DNA from: the human T2T-CHM13v2.0 reference genome, Homo sapiens
Reading direction: 5' to 3' (one strand)
Assembly (NCBI RefSeq): GCF_009914755.1
Contig: NC_060928.1
DNA length: 64,000 nt
The notes beneath the pieces were generated by a model. The model searched no databases. It was given only the letters and a program-made list of their open reading frames with translations, and had not been told where the DNA came from. A program made the translations under genes and the position numbers. Position 1 is the first letter of the stretch. Every line of letters begins with the position of its first letter. Below are positions 27,196 through 41,500 of this stretch, in pieces.

Positions 27196-30100
27196 CTTGT
27201 TCACTCAGTATTTATCATACACTGTTGTTGCATTTCTTGTGGTTCCCTGGAAGACTTGATAGATGAATTTGTACTCCATTTTGCCTTTTTCCTCCTCAGA
27301 GTACTTTGTACACACTTCTGTTAGAATGTGCATCCCTAACACTTGCTGTATTTAATTTTAATTGGTAAATATCTGTCGCTCCCATCAGTCTGTGTGGCCC
27401 CCCGGAGAGTTGCAGCTGTCATACATTAATTTCTGTATTGTCATGTATCTATTTTTTATTTACCACCCTCCATGGAGGGAGGTAGAAGTTGTAGGCAAGT
27501 TTGACTTAAAATATCAAACAAAATGTAACATGAAAGGAATCGTGAAGTTTAGGTTGGTTAATGTCAGATCAACAATATTGGGTGTACAAATGAAGATATT
27601 TGAGAAAAATAGCAAAATTCCAGTCTCACATTAGCAGGGAGAAACATTTTTGAATGTGTTTTAAATGTCACCATGTAGGTGACTAGGCTAGGAACTAGAC
27701 CTGCTGCCATGTTATTCAAATATTGGAAGGTAACTGCTCCTGAGATACTACTTGATTTTACTTAAATCACCTGTCTGAGCATAGCGACTGAGTAGGTAGG
27801 ATTTGATGGATTGGTTTATTACGGTTAAATTGAGCATGGAACAATCTAAACTGATCATTAAAAAGACAAAATCCAGAGCCATCATGCTGTGGCTGTTTGA
27901 ATTAGGTGTTATATCCATGGCCAAAACAGGAGGAGGAGAAAAAAGTATAGATTTAAAAAAAAACATTTCAGAGCAACATTTTCAACATATCATTGTTAGA
28001 AAACACTACATGAAGACATTTTCAATGACCAGATAAAAACCAAGTGTGGCAACTGACAGCATACATTATCCTTTAAAACATTTCCGACTACATTACGTTT
28101 CCTTTTCATTTTGTGTTTGTCATAAATCTGCTGTTGGGGAATTTTTTTAAAGTTGTTTCTGAGTTTATGTTAAGCATTTCTTGTTATGTGGTATGCTTTG
28201 CTGTATACCCTTCACTTAGGAATTTTTCTACTTTTAGCCATATATCTCTTCCTATAAACCATACTGATGTGATTTTCGTTTTAGATTTGCAGCTCATACT
28301 TTCCTTCTAGGCGATGTATTTTGCTAAATGTAGCTCAGCTTTCATTGCTTGAACTAAACTATGACTAACACTTTTTCTTTTCCTTTTTTACTTAAGCGAG
28401 ATTAAATAGATAATATTTATCTATGTGTGAGGTCTCAATTTTCTATGTAGTATTGTGAGTTTTAGGAGAACCTGAGGGAATTAAGCTTTGGAAACAGTCC
28501 TTTATGATCTTTTGTGATCCTATACATATTGATAAAAGGAGAGTTAGGAATTGTATGTATCAGTCCTCTTTATTCCTCTTTCAAAATTAGAATAATCTTA
28601 TTGCTTTATTACCAGAGCCCTATTGTTTTAACTTTAAAACATAGGAAAGGCATAGTGTAAGAAAAAAATAAAATTAAAAGCAATTGATACACGACCTCAA
28701 CATCTAGGACTAAACACTACTTACATTTTGGTGAATACTCTTATGGTATTTTGTTTGTGTATGAATAAAAGTTTTTTCTGGCTTCTTTTGGTGGTGGTTC
28801 TTAGGTTATTCTGTATATTTAGATTTTAATCTACTCTTTTGGTTTAATCTGTATTTACCTATTTTCAATAGCTACATAATATTGCCTTATAATATGAATA
28901 TACCATAACATATTTAACCAATTTTCTGCTGTTTAACTTTTAAGTTGCTTTCCATTTTTCTGTATTGTCATCAATACTTTGATAATGAACAATCATCTTG
29001 TTAAATTTTGAACAATGCCATGAATGTTTCTCAGAATTTACTATTTTTAGAACTGAAATTGCCCAGTAGAAGAAAGGATTTTCTCTACACATTCAAATAC
29101 AGAATCCATTTCTTTTTAAATTTGTCTTATAAGCCTGACAATAAGGCTTTTGGCTTTTGTCTTTTATGTCTTATACGGCTGACAATAAGGAAACTACTTC
29201 TTAAGATCTTTTGAAAAATATTTCACAATACAACATGATACTGCACTTTAATAGGCCGCTTTCACCTGTTGGTATATTCTAGGCATTCACATAACATCAG
29301 ATAAATAAACGTGGGAAATCAACATAAAGAGAAGTTCTTTTTAATTTTCTTTTTTTGGAAATAGCCATAAAATACTAATATAAATGTTACTTATTTATGT
29401 ACTTATTAAGACTGACAGCCTAGGTACCAAGCTAATTACGGTCTGTAGTCACAGGACATGTTTTATGCATTTCTTCTGCATTTGAAAAGCTGCAAAACAG
29501 GTTTTGCACCTTAGTGAACAGAAGCTCAGTATCCTCCCAGCTCCTCTGTTTTGGAGGACACAGAATTGTTTTCACATGGTGGCTGTAAATGAACAGTTCT
29601 TTCCAGTGTTGTAGTATGCTGTGCCCAAGAAAATCTCAGTGATCCCATTGTTTAATATCTCTAAGTAAAAGCTACTCAGAATTAGATAAACGGGATGTAC
29701 AAGTGACAAAGTGGGATAATTTGCTTACTATTTTGCTGTGGGAACAAATACATTTGTTGTCTAAATATAGTTATGTCTAATGTATCCAAATAAATTAAAA
29801 TTATGAAATGAAGTGTTCATTAGAAAGTGCAATAAACTGTTGCCTTTTCTTGCTCAACGTTATGATGGCCAGAAGGCCTAATTAAGTCTGGTAGTGGTGG
29901 CCTCACAGGCAGGATTGTCTTAGAGAGGATAAACCTCATTAAAGAAAAAGCTAAGACTCCTTAGCTTTTAAACTGCTACTCAGACCTAATTCCTCTTAGA
30001 TAAGGCCATATTTATGATAAAGAGTAAAAATGTTTACCTTATACTCATATTTAATTAGTCTAATGGTTTTTATATCAATGCTGTTTATTTCTTATATTTT

Positions 30101-30543
30101 TAGGCAGAGAAATGGCCATAGAGCCTTATTCTTTATTACCTTGAATTGTTTTCACTTATGATAAAAGAAGTTCCTCTCCTGCTAACGCCCTTAGTGATTG
30201 CATTTATTAAACAGTCGTTGGCAGAGAACTTAAGGATGTGCAAAATATTTACGTAAAATATAACCTCTACATTCTATTAATCTATATACTTATTATCTTC
30301 TTAAAAATGATTCAAATAGGTTCCCTGCAGCCCCATTATTATGATCGTTTCTCTTTAACATAACCATTTTTTTCTCCAGCAAGTTTTTTTTAATTAATAA
30401 GTGTGTGCTTTCTAATAAACTCGACTTTCTTGCATAGCTGGTAGGTAAGCATCAACAGGCCACCTCTTTGCCAGTACAGCACCCATTTTCCCAATGAGCA
30501 GTGTTTTCCATCTGGTCATGGGTCTCAAAAGTTAATGCCCAGA

Positions 30544-31018
<475 letters not shown>

Positions 31019-31214
31019 TCAAGCTGGGTCTCAGTAGCAATTCTCGTTTGCAAGACTTTGCTCTACTTCCTTCCTGATTCCCAGATTACACTTACCTAGG
31101 CGTACTGATGTATCTTGATGTCTTTTAATTCCTTGGAACGTCCTGAGGGCTGTCCATATGCATACCTAGCATTTCCAAATCTGACCACATGGCGGTGAAA
31201 ATATCCTCATATTA

Positions 31215-31493
<279 letters not shown>

Positions 31494-31861
31494 TCATTTA
31501 TTCTCTGAGTTACTTCTTTGTGACTCTCAGCATACTTTTATTTCCACAAACTTCAAAAGGTTGCACAGCATCTTTAATATAATTATAAAACCTTTCACTA
31601 TTACATGAGAAGTACTTTTTAAAGTTGTATTCATTCTTTGTGAACTTCTGAATTTTAGTGTACATTTGGCATTCTCAGTTTTATGAGAATCCTGTTAGCT
31701 TTGCTGAGGCAAAACCATGCTGCTTATGTCCTTTTTCTACTAAACCACATTATCTTCCTTTACTCTGGTAGTTGACCATGCAAAATATAGTTCTAATTCC
31801 CTGTATATTTAATCCAGAATTTATCTTCTTTTCTTGGTTGTTTCCCCTAAAACATTTTTCT

Positions 31862-32173
<312 letters not shown>

Positions 32174-32859
32174 TCTTCTCCCATTTTTGTATACCCAACA
32201 TCCACCTAACAAATGCCTGAATTTTCTCCTAGTTCTACATTGATACGCAGCAGATCTTGAAGAACTTAAGACAATTTATGAACAAAAAGGTTAGCAGATC
32301 CTGCTAGAGATGGTTTATTTATAATGTGAGCTTATGCTGTATTTACTGCAGGATTCAGATGTACACCTATTTCTGGAAGACAACTCTTTATCTACACCCC
32401 CACCATGCTCTCAGACTCAGCCCTGGACTCTTTTATTCTCATGATTTTTTTTGTGTGAAATAAATGCTGGTTTGTGAGCAAGAGAAACACAGAGAGACTT
32501 GGAAGGGCAAGTTCTGCCGATGATATGGTGACTATTGCTCAGCTCAACCACCAGCTCATCCCATTTCTCAGGAAAGAGTGAACTGCAAGGAAAAATGAAA
32601 GAACAAACATGGAAGAGTTCATTTCACTGATGCACTGTGAGACCTTTGGGGTAATATTTCTTTGGTGCTCATCCCATAATAAAACATGAAGAGAAGAGCA
32701 TCATTTACCTGATGAAGTGTGGCATGGCTTCCATAGACTGAGGGCTCCAGAAAATCCAATCTGACATAATCACATGATGGTGCTGCCCTGTTATTGCAGC
32801 TTTAGGTGGGTGAGAGGCAGTATTGCAAGGGAAATTTTGGGAACCTCCCATAAAGGAAT

Positions 32860-33300
32860 CCTTAGTTCCCTCAGACTACCAGGACAAATTGACACAAATT
32901 TGTCAGCTTAAAATAACAGACATGTATTCTCCCACAGTTCTTGAGAACAAAGACTACACTTAAGGTTTCATGCGGATTAATTATTTCTTGGGGGCTCAGA
33001 GAGAGAATCTATGCTTCTCTTCCAGCTTCTAGTGTTCTCCAGCAATTCTTGGCAGTTCCTTAGTTTGTGGATAAAGCACTCCAGGCTCTGCCTCCATTTC
33101 CACATGGCTTTCTGTTGTGTGTGTCTCTGTGTCTGTCTCTGCTTCCTCTTCTTATAATAACAACACACATTGGATCAGGGGCCTCTAGTCCAGTATGACG
33201 TCAACTTGATTACATCTGCAAAGACCCTGTTTCCAAATAAAGTCACATTCACATGTGCCAGGCGTTAGGGCTTCAATGTATCTTTTTCAAGGAATCCCAT
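32860..33300 (-). mobile_element. MaLR solo LTR (MLT1C-like)
   Basis: gcttaaaataacaga...tattctcccacagttc ... ttacatctgcaaagaccctgtttccaaataaagtcacattc ... gttagggcttcaa. Confidence 0.8.
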
Positions 33301-33508
33301 TCTTAAGCCGCGATGTTGATTGTATCTTTCACTGTTTAGAAAGCAGTAGAGTCCACTGCGGCAAACATCCTCTGGGGACAAATGGTAAATGCCATGTAGC
33401 AACTGGAAAAAAAAAAAAAGGAAAGAAAATCTTCCCTTCTCTCTCTTTTTGTTTCCAAACTTGAATCTCTAAGGAAGATTCTGATTAAGATTTTTGGGAG
33501 CTGATATA

Positions 33509-33587
33509 TTATGTTGAGCCATATAAAACTGCTGTTTTGTGAAGCTAAAAAGTTTACATATAGACAGTTTCTTGTTATTCAACCTAA
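33509..33587. mobile_element. MADE2 mariner-derived MITE
   Basis: About 80 bp with imperfect inverted ends: gttgagccatataaaactgc ... cagtttcttgttattcaacctaa. Confidence 0.55.
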
Positions 33588-36189
33588 CAGCAAGTAAACT
33601 AAGAGGCAGAAAATTATTACATATTTAGAACGTGACCATTTTTATGACCCCAGATTGACATTCTTACATTGCAAAAAATAGAGGATTGAGTGACATGAGG
33701 TAAATGACTGCTTTTTAACCTGAAAAACAAGTTTAAATATAGTCCATGATGGAACTTCCCCATATATGACATTTTAAAGATTTATAGACAAAATTAAGTC
33801 ATGTATATTTGATAGCTGTTTCAAAACTGATTCTATTAGACAACACACTTTTGCCTCTCTGAGTTAGGCCTGATGTGAATAGATGCATTTTTGACAGTAT
33901 ATTTTTTTTCTCTAAAATGACCAAGAGTAAAAGCAAGGTGAGTTGAAAGGATTTAAAATCCTATATAAGACTGTGAATTAACTTCAAACCTCTTTAGTGA
34001 TAAGCTACATATCATTCTATTTATTTACCCTTAGGATTTGCATAGTGATTTTTTTTCCTCTCAACATTTATCTAAATTGAGTAGCATCAAATTTATTTCT
34101 GATCGCTTTTCCAATTTTTGAAAGTAATTTATATTCAAATACTATTTTATAGGGGACTGGCTAGCCCAAACACTGTCCCTCTGATTTGCATTGATATTGT
34201 TTTGGAATTTGTAATGTCATCTTATAGACTTGACTTGATTTGATTGAATTAATTTACTCCTAGATCTCACTACACTGCTGTTTCTAGCAGCTTAAAATGT
34301 ATCACCAAAAATATTTTCATATACTAACTTAGGTTATATGGGAGGATTCACTCATGAAATAGTCAACGTAGCCAAAACCTGTTTTTGAAAAATATTCCTT
34401 TGATGTCGTTACTTTGTTTTATCAGTTTAGTGAACAAACCTTTATGCAAAAATCACTGAAAAGCAATTGACAAGATGGTAACTGAGCAAAATATGGGTTA
34501 CGGTGATATTCAGATTTGATTCTTGATTTTGATTGTGCATACTTTTGACAGTTGTTTAAAACTTCCTAAGAAGATGGGACCTAGAAAACAAAAGTAAAAC
34601 AAACAATAGAGACATGGTAGAAAAAGTCAGGACTGAAATTCTGCAACTATGAGAATATGTCATCCTATATATTAAATAAACATAGAGTTCAAACATATTT
34701 TGAGCAAAAAAATTGCCTTACGTTTCTACTAAAAATTGAAACTACCAATTATCTGTTAACATTTAGGTGTTTCAAGAAAAAGCAAAACAAACTGAAATGT
34801 TTTGTTGAGAGTGTTCAGTGATAACCCGCTGCTTACTCTGTGCATTTAAATAAATTTATATTTTATTGCTCCTTCAGTTGCACATTCCAGCAGCTTGACT
34901 TTGAAGTGTGTTACCAGGAGCAAGGATTTTCATTAGGAAGTGCCTGGAGGCGACATAGACTGATAGTCATAAATAAGAGAAGCTGTGTGATTCTGACCTC
35001 AGCAGACCACTGTGGACAAACGTATCTTTAGCCACAGTTATTTTTTCTTTTCATCTGTTGCTGGTCTCTATGCATATTTTTAGTAAAATGATTGAGTAGG
35101 GGCAGAACTGTTTTTCTGATTGACAAGTTAGACAATATCCAAAGCTGAAGTTCATTTAAGGGGCTGTCTGTGCATCTCTTTTGAAAAATTAGGCAGTGGA
35201 CTTAGGACTTTTTTTCTCAGAGTTTGTATCCTTAGGTTAGATTGCAGAGTAAATGACAAGCTTTGCTTATGTGCTATGTCTTTATAGCAGTATCTACAAA
35301 ATCATTTAAATGTGCATGTAACAGGGACATTAATTTCCCCAGTGAGAAATTACAAATCACTAGGACCATTTAATTAGATCCTTGGTTTTGAAATAGTATC
35401 TGTTGCAACACTGAGGGGAATTTCTATAAAAATTATTTGATGGAATTTTCAAAATACCATATGCAAAAGGCAGATTAAACGGGGGAAATAGAGATGAAAT
35501 AATGTAACTTTCACTTTCTAGGGAAAAAGCCATCATCACACTTCTCAGTTTGATAGCAATAAGAGGTAATACCTTTGTGATATGAAAATACCTACATTAA
35601 CAATACTGAAAACGAGATTGACTAGTAAGTTGTTACTCCAGAGGAAACAACCTGTTATTACCAGAATTGAAGTGCTTCAGAGGGCTGTCTGGCACTTGAG
35701 ACTTTAGATAAACCTGATAAAAAGCTAAGGAGCTGCTAGAAATTAATGGTGTCCTACTATGGTCAATGGATTTTCATGAAGAGTTTTCTCTCTGATCATG
35801 TGAAAATGTTTTCTACAATTGTTACTCAATTAAAATGCAAATTCTTTTATAAGCTATACGCATGAAAGGCATCTTTTCATAACTAAATAAGACTACTTTT
35901 GGTAGTCTTATTATACACACACATGTCTTTGTATTTATGATGTGAATTCGAATAGTTAACATTTTAATTTATTTATTATTTTAATTTATTTCCCACTGGT
36001 TGTTGAACAACTTATAGAATTAAATTATGCTTCACTGCTTACATTCTGAAATAGATATTTTGGAAGGAAAGATGGTTTTAATCAAGAAAAAAAATCCTCT
36101 CTCTTTTTTTTTTTTAAGCTTCGTAGTGCCTAGAGTACTGCTGAAGCAGAATATCTCTATAATAACATCCTTGTTGAGTGGCAACTTGG

Positions 36190-36390
36190 CTTAGATGGGA
36201 ACCATGGATCCACCCTTCCCTGTTGAGTGAACTTAGACAATTCACTTAACTTCTCTGAGGTCTAGCTTTACTCTTAGAAAATGAAGATATCAATAATAAA
36301 CTACTTCAAAGGGTTTTGTGAGATTTGAGTGAGTTTTGTAGGTAATGCATTTAGCCTAGTACACAAAAGACATTCGATACGTGTTGTTTT
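36190..36390 (+). mobile_element. MIR remnant
   Basis: gtgaacttagacaattcacttaacttctctgag...aaaatgaagata...acttcaaagggttttgtgagatt. Confidence 0.7.
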
Positions 36391-37015
36391 ATGTTTATGT
36401 AAGGCAAGTTATGACATGGTCACAGTTGTTTGGCATCTAGGAACTAGATTGTGGAGATACTGAAGATAATTGGCTGTCCAGCTATACAGTTAACACTTAT
36501 TAATCGGAAGAATGACGGTGACTCAGTGGAAATTAATTCATCCTCCCGTCTCACTAAATTATCGCTGTCATTTTCTTACATATATTTGCAAAATAAATTA
36601 AATGATTTTAGGAGCAAAAGGGTGGTTTAGTGTGCAATGCAAAGTTTTAATATTTTGTATAAAATTCCAAAAAAAATGCCTGACAATAAAGGCCACTGAA
36701 TAGCATAAAGGAAACTTGTAGAGGAAGCTAATATTTTCTCTGTGAGTGTTGGTTATTCGAATACATTCTTTACAACATTTGTGGAAAGTCTTTTCCTGAG
36801 TATTTTCTGCCTTTACAGTTTGTCTCTGAAATCCAAATTATCTTTCAGATATTTATTTCATCCTTTACATAATTTTAACACTTTCCCAACTTTTCTCCTC
36901 TATATAAAATTTTCATATGATTTTCCCAATGGTTGTCAAATCTACATCATATTTTCCTCTAGGCTTTTTTCTTCGGTGTTTTCTTCTTTCCCTCTTTTTC
37001 TGAACCTAGCTAAGA

Positions 37016-37139
37016 CCTTCTTTCTCTTCCAGCAGTAATTATTCCAAGCCTTCTTTCTCTTCCAGCCTTCTTTCCAAGCCTTCTTTCTCTTCCAGCAGTA
37101 ATTCCAAGCCTTCTTTCTCTTCTAGCAGTAATTATTCTC
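37016..37139. repeat. Irregular local repeat of (AAG)CCTTCTTTCTCTTCYAG
   Basis: Four full copies and one partial copy. Confidence 0.9.
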
Positions 37140-38515
37140 TGTACCATACATTTGGTCACCTCATATAATCTTTTAGAAGATCTCCCTGAATATCATCTTA
37201 TACTATTCCTTTTTGCTGATCTTTACATGCATCTTTACATCACACATACTGCCTGACACATTTCTGTACATGTAATAAGAGGGCAGCATTTAATGTGTTA
37301 AATAGCCTATTCTAAGGCATTGAAGGTATGTGATCGAGGAGAGTTGGAGGTAATAAGAAGATCGATTATTTTTTTCTTAGTGTAATAATTGATTCTACAT
37401 TTTGAAAAAGGAAAGATATATATTTTATTTTGTTTTCATAAATAGGTCAGAATTAAATCCAGTAATGTCTCTAGTTAACATCATGAAAATCTTTGAGTTT
37501 TTTTTTAGGTATCAGAAAATATATTTGTTATTGACATGTACTTATTGAGGAGGATAAAAAAGATGATAAATTTCCCCTTTGTTTACATTTACAGTTTTAC
37601 TCTGCTTCACTATGCCTTTTTATATTCATTAAGAAGACAGTGGCAATGCCATCTGGTTGGAAAACTGAGAACAGTTTTTCTAAGTTGTTGATTTTAGAGA
37701 TGAAGAATATCAATGCCACCTTTTGAAAATAAAGGTTTGAAATGTATATAATTGCTAATAGTGGAATAGTAAAATAAAAGTCAGGAAATTTGATATATGT
37801 GGCCTAGATTTTATTACTTATCTTTGAAACATGCAATTCTCAAGGGGAAGACTAATTTCTTAAATTTGTGATTGGATCAGAAGGCTTTTGTCAGAGGTAC
37901 TGTACTCAAACATTCAAACTCATACCATTAGTTTGCTGATGCCATTGGAACAAAAAACACCTGCTGCTCCTTGTCAATTTTCTTCTATTTACACTTTATC
38001 TTATTGAACTAAATGTATTTCTATAAAGTACTTCCAGTCCTTTTGGAAATTATGAAGCATAAATGAGTAGACAGGCAGAAACAGAAATAGGAGAAAATAA
38101 ATGGAGGAGAGGCAGACATAGTCAGATAGAAATGTGAATTCCTGCTGCATTTCATAAGATTTATTAGACAAGGTTGTTCGAGAGTTGGTATTCACTATTG
38201 TAGTCTACCCAGTAGCTATGATACTTGAAGCTGTTGACATATCTTCTATTTGTAGTTTTTTAAACATACCATATCATCATCCAAGACCCTTTAAAAATAT
38301 TAATGCAAACAGCAAACTAGCAATGCCAAAGGCATATACCCTGTTGCAAAATGTCGTTGATTATACGTTTGAGTAGTATTGATAATAGTAGGACAACCTA
38401 GGAGCTGTTTTACTGCTCTTAAATCCTACTTTGATAGAGGCTGTCACTACTATAACATATTCAGATACTTTCGCTCCAATTTTCTTCTGTCAGTTCTTCC
38501 TTCTTATGAATTTAT

Positions 38516-38523
38516 ACACACAC

Positions 38524-38567
<44 letters not shown>
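38516..38567. repeat. (CA)n microsatellite
   Basis: About 25 CA units with one CG interruption. Confidence 0.97.
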
Positions 38568-38570
<3 letters not shown>

Positions 38571-41500
38571 AGCAGCTGATTATTCCCCAAAGAGACCGAA
38601 AATATACTTAAAATTGAAGATAGGCCCATTTTTTGTCAATAGCAAAAATGTTATTAGAAACAAGTTCTATCTACTATTACGTTAGTAATTACCATATTAA
38701 TAAGCCCATGAGAATATATAAAATTAAAGCCTAATATTTTACATTGCCAATCCTTATAATCTCCACAGTAAAATTATGTATATTTTTAGTTCTTTAAGCA
38801 ATAAATTCCTATAGGCCTGGCCTAGAAGATTAGATAGATAGAATAGATTGATATGTGGATAAATACACATGCACACACTTCTATACATAAATGTCTTCAA
38901 ACCTGTAAATATATAAAATTTTAAGGGTCTATCTTATCATCCCTATTTCCTTATTGCATCTATTGTGGAAAATGTAGGTTTTCATATTAAATACTAGTTG
39001 CCTTCTGAATATTCTTTTGATAAAATATAATTCTCAAAGCATTGTTTTTAAGTTAAAATTATGAAAAGAGTATAGCTTATTAGAGAGAAAAGATGAAGAG
39101 TATAGCTAAGAATGAAAGAAGGCTGGGAGGCTTTGTTTATTTATTTGTGCTTTATTTTTATGGGAATAAACAGTGAAAGGGATGCTGTAACATAAGGTCC
39201 TAATGTCTTAATTACACATAACTATCGTCATGACTTTTCTTCACGGAGTTGCCAACCATGTAACTGGTTGGAGGGCCATCAGATAGCACCGGATTTCAGC
39301 AGAAATTTTAGTACTATCTGGGCTAAATTTATTTCTATTCCCTTTGTTTCACTGCTAGGGTACAAATCTAATTGCTCTAATCACCCTCTGATAGAAAATG
39401 TTCAATTGGTCTTCATTGACAATAGAAAGAACTCTGAATTTGTCAATATGCCTCACATGCCCGTGAAGATCTAGTTCACGTTGATGTCTGAGTTATGTTT
39501 CTTGACTATCCCCTGTCTACTGTGTATTCTGGTCAAGCTAATATACTTTTATTTCCACCTAACAAATGTATCTTTCTCTCATCTCCATCACTCCCCCCAC
39601 CTCTCTCTCTGTCTCTCTCTCCCCACTTTAGATATTTGCATATGCTATTTCCTCAGTGAGAGTTGATTTCACTTCCACTAACAAGGGTTTTCTTCAACTG
39701 GCCATTAGTTGCTCATCATTCAGGTATCAATTTAGTTGTTCCGTCCTCCAGAAAGCCTCATTTCCAGAACAGTCTCATTCTTCCACATTATATTCTGTAA
39801 TGGTGGAATTGTGAGAGTCCTGATCTGAATTCCCTATAAGCCTCCAAATTAATGAGTGTATTTGGATAACTCTTTAATTCCCAGTCCCTAGCAGATTGCA
39901 TTAATAGTAGGGCATATGTAGTAAATATTTGTTGAATAAACAAAACCCGCCAGCTCCTTGGAAAAATGCAGAAGTATATACTTAAGCCACTAAGCAAATT
40001 TAGGTAGTATTCATTTAGTCAGTTAACCAATGGTTCTTTCAATAAGTATTTTTGGAATAATTTTACTGTTTCTGCCACACAGTCAGTTGTTTGTAAGGGT
40101 TTGACCACCTTTGGTTAATGAAAAGGGAGAACAGCAGGCTACTATGCATAGGAACATAGTTTTAGGTTGCTTAGAAGTATTAGGGACATTATATGTTTTA
40201 TGTAATAGAAAAGAAAATGTTTTAGGTCATGATTACAAAGTATTAATAAATACTGTTAAATATTACATGAAATATATATATAATATAAACCTTAAACATA
40301 TTAATTTAACCCTTTGTTATTTTTCACCTTTAAAGCAATAATTCACTCATCTACTACTCTCCAAAGGTTAATGTATTCATATTTATAAAGGGAAAATAAT
40401 CACTTATGTTGTTCAGTGTGAAACTTGATCTTCTATTTAATGTTCAAAATCCTCAAATGCAGAATGAAATACCGGTGTGCATTTTATGGAATTTGATATT
40501 TCAAGGAAATGAGTGGACTCTAGAGCATTCATTTGCTCTAATTACTGTAAGAGATCTTTGTCTTTGTTTAATCGTCCAACTTTAGAAATTCATGGAAATA
40601 CACTATAAAAAGCAAAATAGCAAGAGGAAAAATAGTGTAATAGGAATGGGCTCTGACTAGAATTGTGGTTTTTGGAATAATACATTAGGTTTGTAATCAA
40701 TTATGGATGAAATGTCTGATCCATATTTTTCCACATCATCGACTAGCACAGCATCTCTCATGCCAAAATTGATTATGGAAGTAGCACCTCTTCTGTCATA
40801 ACTGTCTGGACCAGGAAGAGTATGATATCTGCAGAACAGCAATTAGCATCAGAAATAAGTCATTCTGAGGCTGTTTTCCAGAGTTCATCTAGAAAAAAAT
40901 AATAATCCTCCCATCGACTCTGGATATGGGTGTGTGTATGTGTGTGTGTGCACATGCACACACAACCACACACAAGCAAACTGATATTTATTTGTGCTCT
41001 GTTGAATTGAAAACCTGACATTTTCTGCTTGTGTAGAAAGCAGAACAAATCAGTCTAGTTAATCCCTGTAAATAAGAATGTGGCATCCCAGTGAAATGGG
41101 AAAACATGCAGTTTGGGAGTATTTTTCAAGGTTAACAATCTCTATTAGCATTTATGGATTTATTAGCTGATTGCCTATTTAATGCAAGCCTACTACGGTG
41201 TTTTCATTGTTCCTCTTTAAATATCACATAGTTATACTTTCAAATTTTACTTCAATTGTGTGGGGTTTTTTTTGAAGAATAAATATATATTTGGTCAAAC
41301 AAAGCATCCAAAAAGAATGAATCTTTCCAGAACTAATTTGATATTACTAGAGCTAAGAAGATAAATAAAATATCTAGAATATTTCTAAAATGTAAGTTAC
41401 ATTTATAAAATAATATTGATAATATAATTTCATTGAGTTTATAAATGAATCAAAGAAAAAATTATAATTCATGTAATCTGAACTATTTAGCAATCATAAG

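Noticed and set aside
34877-35021. Possible + strand exon with an open frame (ccttcag|TTGCAC...AAAC|gtatct)
   Set aside because: Poor donor, unrecognised peptide and no compatible neighbouring exon.
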